This document shows, one piece after another, positions 57,401 through 64,000 of a stretch of 64,000 nucleotides of DNA (within the stretch, counting starts at the first letter, position 1; each line of letters opens with the position of its first letter). The position numbers were made by a program, and so were the translations under genes. Under the pieces are notes generated by a model. The model was not told the origin of the DNA. It worked only from the letters and a program-made list of their open reading frames with translations, and did no database searches. The stretch is from a virus: the IMG/VR virus record IMGVR_UViG_3300032116_000089, positions 1-64,000 of that record, one strand, 5' to 3'.

Positions 57401-57545
57401 TGGTGTTATCGTTGGGAAAATTTGCTGTGGCTGAACTAAAAGTTGAAGATGTTATTGCTCCATCGCTGCCAGAAGCCAAAAGAGCGAAACTAGTTCCACT
57501 ATGGTTGTCGTTTCCATTTTCATAATCTAAATAAAATGTTGTCAT
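54438..57545 (-). CDS. tailspike-like protein with a carbohydrate-binding-like module and a right-handed beta-helix
   Basis: 1035 aa. YTASVYVRS...GGGWYRLSIT is a CBM-like module, and C-terminal repeats (FTNCYFLSN, FNNCYWNNN, WNNCNFMNN, FTNCLTSGN) are typical of pectin-lyase-like helices. Confidence 0.65.
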   Translation of the reverse strand: MTTFYLDYENGNDNHSGTSFALLASGSDGAITSSTFSSATANFPNDNTIAPLKNICWHTNFWQGYGTYNGCRLLSLDYYVDETITGPTGINSYIYYLQEYPNLTSHFARTQAGVITIANSTQYTASVYVRSAGRNKVILQWTNDTTKTARFNLSNGTVEQTGAGATSAISNIGGGWYRLSITVTSSANASSDIFSFCMAEDSYTGLDLVNMSYFGNATKGIYFTGIQIEASASVTTYENPPGQILSIFNGSIYAYYHIIARVNSTNLTLYAIVSGTALANTSARQYFIGGRIQTFTNGLTALRTHSCDIIRVEASPDPTSIGNATWSGTGSFPTIAIASSTNATPIAITTSSAHAYSTGDTVFICDHATNTNANGTWEITVTGSTTFTLTGSTGNGVGGASGTSRKATNCVVRLASALTENIASHGNVGEGRTAWTASTNITATTSTTTKQGNVSDQIAANASFTTGLMAYKSFSTKDLSGYQQLSFFIYQTAGSTANFGLQLRLCSDNAGVTAVNTFNIPALGALNTWHVFTVDLGTNLGNSIQSVALYRSNNFGAQTVLLSNIIACKANSSADSLNLTSLIGKNTTNETWYPIQSIVGTRVIIDGRLSTSPAVSTQGNFSKGYYGTTETINTFKRETIKTPVQSAASNNVHLINDGASHFTPNIVFEGGFDRTNMTTQSGVTFFDGQNSLGYGLNISSKSGNGFNRMGFIRYDRVWMQNSFFCNVRNFYVISCTNHFQVPTASQNCKFENVFMNCNQIGMATDFGFNFHKFTNCYFLSNTLRGMDFGNGNHVTFNNCYWNNNGSFGITTNAGGGANNVWNNCNFMNNQNDGYRAGHGGFNETFTNCLTSGNIGNAFYSFAGDMFLNNCTVLESAEFGIYTASNARIYSMNLDGVANNHYIYTDGGVVRPQTSVRYSNTGFAWSISSTSDYRRETYPLDFSIAKVAVSANSIVTIKAWMRRTSTGLTFRLRVKGGQIAGVTNDVISYMTAAADTWEQVTLNFTPTESGVVEILVECWGGTTFTGYVDDLTIIQA

Positions 57546-57724
57546 CCTTTAGCTCCTAAGAATGGTTGTGCTTTATATACAACATCCATATTTCTAGTTT
57601 CTTGATTTTTAGTTACAACTTGTACAAATGGTTGAGCCTTATACACAGTATCCATAGACTCAAGTTGAGTTTTAGTTAATAGCCTATTTGGACCTTTTAA
57701 CAAATTTACTCGTTTATTAAACAT
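57542..57724 (-). CDS. 60-aa protein with a duplicated MDxVYKAQPF motif
   Basis: ATG 57724 lies just after the fibre stop codon, the gene is ATGA-coupled to the spike gene, and it has an internal repeat. Confidence 0.55.
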   Translation of the reverse strand: MFNKRVNLLKGPNRLLTKTQLESMDTVYKAQPFVQVVTKNQETRNMDVVYKAQPFLGAKG

Positions 57725-57729
57725 AATTA

Positions 57730-60700
57730 TTAACCATAATTCTGAGAGAAAGAACCATACCAATAAGTTCCATCACTAATAAAACTTAATAAATCAACTT
57801 TGCTTGCTGTGCTTGTTATTGTTGGGGGTGTGCTGTCACTCCATCTGACCCCTGTGAATGTTGCTGTAAACGATCCGGCCCCAGTATTTAAAAATAATGA
57901 GAAACTCTTACCAGCAGTTGCTGTGGGCATAGTAAATGTGCAGTTACCCGTTAGTGTGCAAGTGTGTACTGTGCCACTGGCTAGACTTAAAGTTTTGCTA
58001 GTTCCACTGCTACCATTAGCTACAACACTTTCTGTGAAACTATCAAATGTGAGATTGCCATCAATATTAACATCTCCAAGAACATCTAGTGTTGTTGATG
58101 GTGTAGATGTTCCTATGCCAATACGACTATTACTTCTATCTGTACTAAATATAGTTCCACCACCAGCACCAATATCAGCATATAAACTTAGACCATTTGC
58201 GTTCAAATAAGCAACTGCCGAGGGGCCATTATCAATAATCACCAAGGTGCCGTCACTATTAATATAAACGCCCTGCTCACCATTTTTAGCAGAAAAGCCT
58301 CCTCCTGCTGGAGAACAAACAAAATCTCCATAAACTTGTAATTTTGTATCCGGATCAATACCACCTATACCAACATTACCGCTGCTGGTTACTACCAAAT
58401 TAGCAGCACCCGGCGAACCTCCTCCGTATTGAAACGATCCATCAGCATATCTCAGCGCCAAGGTGTTACCATTATTATCATAAAAACCTAATTCTCCTCC
58501 AAATGTATCTTCACCAAATTCAATACGACCCAGTAAATTAGATCCAAAAAAAGCAGTTCCATTAACGTCTAATTTAGCCGCTGGGGATGCTGTTCCTATG
58601 CCAACCCTGCCATCTGTATTTAAATAAACCTGCGCACCATTTTGAGTTGTAAAGCATATTGGATTATAGGACGTAATAGCATCATTAAAGCCTTGAAAAC
58701 AAGCAAATTCAGTATTACTACCAAAAGTTCCAGATGGATTAGTATTTGCCGCTATTCCCACAGTACCAGCACTATTACCAAACCAACTAATACTACCATA
58801 AGATTTAAATCCAAGACTTTTAAAAACACCATTGACATCCAATTTGGCAGCGGGCGAGTTAGTCCCTATTCCTATTCTAGCATTGGCTCTATCAGTATAA
58901 AAGAATGGAGATGCTGCCGAATCGAACAATGTAAGTCCATTATCATCTATAGTAAGAGCGATATTTGGTCCAATATTATCATTAAATGCTAAACTTGGAA
59001 CTGAAGGATCAACAAATAGTCCTGCTGCACCGGCGCTTGGATCGCCAACAACAGTGCCGCAAGAAAAAGAACCTCTTACATCTAATTTGGCAGTAGGAGC
59101 GGTGATACCAATTCCTATGTTACCAAGATTATTTATTCTTAGTCTTTCCACCCCACTAGTACTAACGCCAAAAGTATTCGCTGCTGGACTAAACAAGCCA
59201 GTATCAGTATCATTAATAAATTCAAAAGATGGCAATGAAGCAGTGCCTGATCCTCCAATAAACGATCCTGTTGCTAACACATCTCCAGCAACATGAAGTT
59301 TAGAGGTTGGGGTTTGCGTACCAATTCCTACTCCGGTATTATTTACAACCATCCAAGAGGTATGATTACCAGTAACATCATATCCCAAAGAGTGTTTATA
59401 TCCAGAACTACTAACACTATAGTTTAATGTAGAACCATCTGCTTTATATATTCTAGTATTATTATCACCATATATACTAAAAGTACCACCTCTTATAATA
59501 TTATTTTGTGTAATAATATTTCCATTAACGGTAAGTGCTGCACTACCGGCGATAGCAGAATTGTTAATGTCAATGCTAGTAAATAAACCAGTTCCAACAA
59601 CGTGAAGTGTGGCTGTTGGACTTGCAGTTCCTATACCAACATTTCCACCCATAAAAACCGCAGCATAGTTTCCTAAGATTGTTCCAGTAACTAATGTGCT
59701 TGCATTAACATAAAGACCATAGCTATTAGTAGTAGTATATTGACCACTACTAGATGGAGATATTAACAAACCGTATGTACTATTAAGATTACTACTACTA
59801 GTAAGAAAAGTTGGATTCACATATAATGATGTGTGATTTTGACCATTTGCGCTTTGAGAAGCATGAGAATTTGATACTATTATTCCGGTAGTACCAACGC
59901 TGTTTCCTTGTAAAAGGCCAGCAACTTGGAGTGGGGCGGTTGGAGAAGTGGTTCCAATACCAACATATCCACTATTAGTAATCCTCATTCTTTCAGTACC
60001 ATAGTCGGTATCAGAAGAACCAGCACCTATTCTGGTGCTAAAAGCGATATGTCCATTGCTATCGTTAGAAGTAGAAAATATTTGCATTATTCGTGAAGAG
60101 GCATTGTAGTTGATACCCATTCTATAATTATTGTCAAAAAACATACCAAGCCTAGAGCTACTCCATGTTTGCTGTATAGCCCCATTTACTTCAAGTCTAG
60201 CTGAAGAACTAGGAGTATTTGTATTTATTCCAACGCTAGTTCCATTATCAAAAACTAAACTATTACTTAACCCACTACCGCCAGTTCCAAACTTGCTTAA
60301 GTAATTAGATGTCCCTACCGGTAACAGTCCACTTACACTACTATTAAAATTAGTTATATCAGATGACGAATGGGTGTGTCCATTCAAACTAACAATCGTA
60401 TCATTAACACTTAGGGTTGAGAAATTTCCAGATCCATTTTGATCTATGGTCCAATAAGGATGGTTAAGAGATGTAAGTTCTCCTATATATATTGTTCCCG
60501 GTGATCCTCCATCAAAATCATTTACAGATAAGAGGGCATTAGAAATCAGATATCCGGTTGACAATATATTATTACCATATATATCTCCAATAACTTCTAG
60601 CTGAACAGTGGGAGTGGATGTTCCTATCCCAACGTTACCACTAGATAACAATCCGTTTGTAAAAGTATGAATTGCATCTATAGTTCTAGCATTATTTATA

Positions 60701-62001
60701 TGCACATACTGAGAATGATCATCATCAGCCAAGCCAAATAAAATCCCGTGATCATTTTGAACAACGCCGATAGATGTTGATTGTATAGCTACTCTAATAT
60801 CTAATATACTTTGTAAGCTACTTTTAGGAGTATTGGTAAAAGTATTGTCGGTTATAAAAATTAAACGATATAGTGGTCTTATTTCTGATGTTGGTATATT
60901 AGTTAAATCAATATCGCTCCAATTATTATTGCTTGTGGCACTATTTAAATTATCATCTTCTCTTTGACCAAGTATAGCAAGAATCGGCTCATTAATATCG
61001 TTTGTTGCCACAATCCACATAGCAAAATATTTTTTATCACCAACATTAGGAGTTGTCCATGTTCCACCAGAGTATAAATTATATTGCGCTCTAGTAGCAT
61101 TGTATTTTAGTGGAAAACTTGTGGCAGTATCTCGTACCCACTGTCCCGTAGTTCCGCTGTGATAGTAAACAGGAATATATGCAATGGGACTTAATTGTTG
61201 AATGAAACTTCCAGCGCCAACTCCATTTGTTATATTTATTATAATATCTTCTTGATATAAAGTACCATCAGATATATCAAATTGAGCATGACTATTGGAC
61301 GATCCATTTCCTAGAAGCGTATATCCTCCGATACTCAAGCCATTAATATACTGCATACCAAAAGTATTATGAATCCACTTGTGGGTCATGCTATCCATTT
61401 TGATTCCATGACGCTCTTCACCAAAAAATGTGCTTTGATTAATACCACCATTCCAATGGATAAATGCTACTGGCACATCAGTATCAAAATCAAATGCAGA
61501 AGTTTTAGTTTGTAAAATATAAGGAGGCGTGGTATCAAAATGAATATAATTCAATGCTGTTCCTGAGCCAAGAACAACAGTCTCAACCGTGTTCTTAACA
61601 ACTTTAATTCCTTCAATATATAAAGTATAAGAACTTCCAGAAGTGGCTGGTTGTATTGTGAATGTGCGAGTACTATCATTGAAACTAATAGTGCTATCAT
61701 CTCTGTTCACAAAACCTTGAGGTTCTTGACTTAATGTATTGACCTCTATCGAAGAATGGTTATGCCCACTAACACTAACAGGAACACCACTAACAGCAAG
61801 ATAATTAAAGTTACCACTTGCTGGAGTTATGTAGGTTCCACTTATACTAGTAACACCAAGATTAATTACAGAGTTGGCATTATTCTTAGTATAGAATTTA
61901 CCATCAGCAATATTTATAGCAAGTTCGCCCTGAGATAAACCGCTAGCAGCGGGAGCAGCGCCGGATGTGCTACTCCTTTTGTGTTGTATAGTATTAGCCA
62001 T
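57730..62001 (-). CDS. long fibre protein with ten (V/I)GI(G/N)xxxP repeats
   Basis: 1423 aa. N-terminal IQHKRS...LSQGELAINIADGKFY anchor, ten GxVGIGTxxPxxxLxVxG-type units and a C-terminal LSLASG...VDLLSFISDGTYWYG domain. Confidence 0.8.
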   Translation of the reverse strand: MANTIQHKRSSTSGAAPAASGLSQGELAINIADGKFYTKNNANSVINLGVTSISGTYITPASGNFNYLAVSGVPVSVSGHNHSSIEVNTLSQEPQGFVNRDDSTISFNDSTRTFTIQPATSGSSYTLYIEGIKVVKNTVETVVLGSGTALNYIHFDTTPPYILQTKTSAFDFDTDVPVAFIHWNGGINQSTFFGEERHGIKMDSMTHKWIHNTFGMQYINGLSIGGYTLLGNGSSNSHAQFDISDGTLYQEDIIINITNGVGAGSFIQQLSPIAYIPVYYHSGTTGQWVRDTATSFPLKYNATRAQYNLYSGGTWTTPNVGDKKYFAMWIVATNDINEPILAILGQREDDNLNSATSNNNWSDIDLTNIPTSEIRPLYRLIFITDNTFTNTPKSSLQSILDIRVAIQSTSIGVVQNDHGILFGLADDDHSQYVHINNARTIDAIHTFTNGLLSSGNVGIGTSTPTVQLEVIGDIYGNNILSTGYLISNALLSVNDFDGGSPGTIYIGELTSLNHPYWTIDQNGSGNFSTLSVNDTIVSLNGHTHSSSDITNFNSSVSGLLPVGTSNYLSKFGTGGSGLSNSLVFDNGTSVGINTNTPSSSARLEVNGAIQQTWSSSRLGMFFDNNYRMGINYNASSRIMQIFSTSNDSNGHIAFSTRIGAGSSDTDYGTERMRITNSGYVGIGTTSPTAPLQVAGLLQGNSVGTTGIIVSNSHASQSANGQNHTSLYVNPTFLTSSSNLNSTYGLLISPSSSGQYTTTNSYGLYVNASTLVTGTILGNYAAVFMGGNVGIGTASPTATLHVVGTGLFTSIDINNSAIAGSAALTVNGNIITQNNIIRGGTFSIYGDNNTRIYKADGSTLNYSVSSSGYKHSLGYDVTGNHTSWMVVNNTGVGIGTQTPTSKLHVAGDVLATGSFIGGSGTASLPSFEFINDTDTGLFSPAANTFGVSTSGVERLRINNLGNIGIGITAPTAKLDVRGSFSCGTVVGDPSAGAAGLFVDPSVPSLAFNDNIGPNIALTIDDNGLTLFDSAASPFFYTDRANARIGIGTNSPAAKLDVNGVFKSLGFKSYGSISWFGNSAGTVGIAANTNPSGTFGSNTEFACFQGFNDAITSYNPICFTTQNGAQVYLNTDGRVGIGTASPAAKLDVNGTAFFGSNLLGRIEFGEDTFGGELGFYDNNGNTLALRYADGSFQYGGGSPGAANLVVTSSGNVGIGGIDPDTKLQVYGDFVCSPAGGGFSAKNGEQGVYINSDGTLVIIDNGPSAVAYLNANGLSLYADIGAGGGTIFSTDRSNSRIGIGTSTPSTTLDVLGDVNIDGNLTFDSFTESVVANGSSGTSKTLSLASGTVHTCTLTGNCTFTMPTATAGKSFSLFLNTGAGSFTATFTGVRWSDSTPPTITSTASKVDLLSFISDGTYWYGSFSQNYG

Positions 62002-62023
62002 TTCAGTCCTTTATAACGTTAAG

Positions 62024-63832
62024 TTAAAATGATCCACCATCAAGTGAACAATCAACAATTGCAGCACAAACGGTTCCTGCTGTCAAGTATGTTGCTGTAG
62101 TAACAGCGGTAACGTGTCCTAACCCATCTACAGTGATGCTAGCGATACCATTACTACCCTGTGCGCCAGTTAAAGTAGATGTATCAGCATGACCTATAGT
62201 AATACTGCCGTTGCCATTAGTAATATCAACGCTTGTTCCAGCAGTCAACGTTGCTTTAGTCAATGTATTACCAGTACTATTACCAATCAATAATTGGCCA
62301 TCTGTATAACTAGTTTGATTAGTTCCTCCATTAGCCACCGGTAGTGTTCCACTAACATGTGCTGTAAGACCAACTTTACCCCAAGATGGTGCAGTATTAA
62401 CACCGCCAGCCAATAATACATTGCCGGTAGCCACATCAGCAAGTTTTGCTAAAGATGTTGTTGTATTAGCATAAAGCAAATCACCAATAGCATATGAGCT
62501 TTGACCAGTTCCGCCCTTATCGGCAGCAATTGTTGTAGCATTCCAAGTTCCGGATGTTACAGATCCGCCAGACATGACTCTAAAAGTGATATCATTATTG
62601 TCATCATAAATAATAAATGCTGCATCCGTAGTAGGTTGATAACCAGCATTAATTACTGCAAAAGAATTAGTGCCAGTAAATGTTTGACTTGCACTCAGTC
62701 TGGCAATATCGCTAGCTAAAAATCCACCATCTTTAATGATTTTACCGGTAGAACCATCAAACATGGCAATATTACCACTAGTAGCACTAGTTGGACCAGT
62801 TACAAGAATACTAGCATCAGCTATATTTGTTTGTAAAATAACCCAATTGCTACCAACAACAGCATGAGTACCAGCGGATGTACCATCGGTTGTGCAAATA
62901 AGAGTATCATTTACTTCTACTGCTGGACCAGAAGCTCCGCCAATTTTACCAGCAACGCTTACTTTATAGGTCCAACCCCTATCACCAGATGGATAATTAG
63001 GATTTGTTGAACAATCAATTGCACCTTTAAATATCATTGCATCATTAGTAGCAATACCAGAAACAATCATATTATCAACATAGGTCTTAACAGCATCTGC
63101 TCTTGGAATAAAAGTGGAACTATTATTTGTATCTAAATTTGTTGATACTTGATATCCAGTATTTAAGGTTTTACTACTATTAGCTGCCCATGTTGGGATA
63201 TATCCACTAACATTTATAGATGTTGATCTTACTACTGTACTATCAACAGCAATACTATCTGCTGATACAGAAATACCATCTCCTTGACCAATATCGAAAG
63301 TCCTATTAGCTGATAATGTACCACCACCAACAAGACCGCTACCAGCAATAATATCCAAACCACTAGTAGCCGCACCAATATCATCAAGAATTTGATCTTT
63401 ACTAACTGATTTTAGCGTTTGGGTGGATGAATTAGGATTATTATCAAAAACTGCAAAATATCCAACACTGTTAGATGAGGTATTAATAGCTACTGCACTA
63501 ATGCCACTATTAAAAGTTGTAGTATTACCAAATGTTTTTAAACCATTGACGGTTTGATCGCCAGTTGTATAGACACCATTAGTGACAGTCTCGGCGTTAC
63601 CAGTTACACTAATAGGCCAAGTGCCGCTAGCATTAGTGCCGCCGCGATGTGCAAAATATCCAGTTCCACCAATTTGTTCAATACTAGAAGCTGCGCCACC
63701 TACTCCGCTGCCATAACCATAATAAAGAATATTGTCATTCTCATTGAATGCTAATTCACCGTTAGATAGTGATGATGGTTTTCCAGCAGCACCGCTAGCT
63801 GGTCTTCTCTTGATTTTGATTGTATTAGCCAT
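62024..63832 (-). CDS. fibre protein
   Basis: 602 aa. Same N-terminal anchor (IKIKRR...LSNGELAFNENDNILYYG), GGTGQSSYAIGDLLYA and GGTNQTSYTDGQLLIG repeats, ends LDGGSF. Confidence 0.75.
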   Translation of the reverse strand: MANTIKIKRRPASGAAGKPSSLSNGELAFNENDNILYYGYGSGVGGAASSIEQIGGTGYFAHRGGTNASGTWPISVTGNAETVTNGVYTTGDQTVNGLKTFGNTTTFNSGISAVAINTSSNSVGYFAVFDNNPNSSTQTLKSVSKDQILDDIGAATSGLDIIAGSGLVGGGTLSANRTFDIGQGDGISVSADSIAVDSTVVRSTSINVSGYIPTWAANSSKTLNTGYQVSTNLDTNNSSTFIPRADAVKTYVDNMIVSGIATNDAMIFKGAIDCSTNPNYPSGDRGWTYKVSVAGKIGGASGPAVEVNDTLICTTDGTSAGTHAVVGSNWVILQTNIADASILVTGPTSATSGNIAMFDGSTGKIIKDGGFLASDIARLSASQTFTGTNSFAVINAGYQPTTDAAFIIYDDNNDITFRVMSGGSVTSGTWNATTIAADKGGTGQSSYAIGDLLYANTTTSLAKLADVATGNVLLAGGVNTAPSWGKVGLTAHVSGTLPVANGGTNQTSYTDGQLLIGNSTGNTLTKATLTAGTSVDITNGNGSITIGHADTSTLTGAQGSNGIASITVDGLGHVTAVTTATYLTAGTVCAAIVDCSLDGGSF

Positions 63833-63868
63833 GATGTCCCCTTTGGTGTGTGTGAATATTCAGTATTT

Positions 63869-63875
63869 TATACAC
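63869..63875 (-). promoter_or_regulatory. GTGTATA putative late promoter
   Basis: Minus strand reads TAAGTGTATAAAATAC, 37 nt upstream of ATG 63832. Confidence 0.6.
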
Positions 63876-63998
63876 TTATACAATTCCGCCATCTAATTCA
63901 TTTTGATTGATCCAACGGGAATTGTTAGAGTCATATTTTATTAGGTCAGAATTAGAAATATCATTAAAGTATATTTCATTCAACTGGCTAAGTTTTGG
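63876..63998 (-). CDS. C-terminus of a fibre-like protein (truncated by window edge)
   Basis: Reads PKLSQLNEIYFNDISNSDLIKYDSNNSRWINQNELDGGIV-stop, a typical fibre repeat with a DGG tail. Confidence 0.6.
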   Translation of the reverse strand, partial: PKLSQLNEIYFNDISNSDLIKYDSNNSRWINQNELDGGIV

Positions 63999-64000
63999 AT

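Noticed and set aside
769-63754. Numerous 60-140 aa ORFs nested in or antisense to long genes
   Set aside because: They are fully overlapped by well-supported genes and show no recognisable motifs, so I treat them as spurious.
4243-64000. Diversity-generating retroelement acting on fibre tips
   Set aside because: No reverse transcriptase and no template/variable repeat pair with adenine-specific mismatches were seen. One elsewhere in the genome cannot be excluded.
1-64000. Stop-codon reassignment, tRNA genes, introns or inteins
   Set aside because: Genes are long and tightly packed under code 11 with TAA, TGA and TAG all used as stops. Intergenic gaps are short with no cloverleaf seen, and no intein or split-gene signature was recognised.

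Overview
The whole window reads as part of a large, AT-rich tailed dsDNA phage (Caudoviricetes) in the standard genetic code. Positions 1-4119 (+) are the end of a non-structural operon: UDP-GlcNAc 2-epimerase C-terminus, a SAM methyltransferase, a GT-D-like glycosyltransferase, a Vsr-like endonuclease, a Rad52-like annealase, a Zn-ribbon protein and a small secreted protein, closed by a strong terminator. Positions 4243-64000 (-) are one convergent virion module. In transcription order it encodes fibre and spike genes, prohead protease-scaffold, decoration protein, major capsid protein, a block of appendage genes (including two Cys-rich proteins with mucin-like Thr/Ser stalks), neck proteins, tail tube, two paralogous chaperone-like genes, a 2361-aa tape measure and very large tail-tip proteins (3697, 621, ~1597, 1134 aa). 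I recognise no sheath, terminase, portal, tRNA or CRISPR. The main leads are: (1) a strong Ser-Gly dipeptide excess in putative surface virion proteins which, with the mucin-like stalks and the adjacent sugar enzymes, suggests a virion glycosylation system; (2) a tape measure punctuated by [FY]AxGG and DTVPA-L-PGEFV motifs that bracket cargo domains, one PD-(D/E)xK-like; (3) a leader peptide and 14-bp hairpin that look like an attenuator after the tail tube gene; (4) a GTGTATA motif 30-45 nt upstream of six late genes; (5) an integrin-alpha-like seven-bladed propeller with large insertions in the 3697-aa protein. All functional calls come from motif reading and gene order, without database searches.
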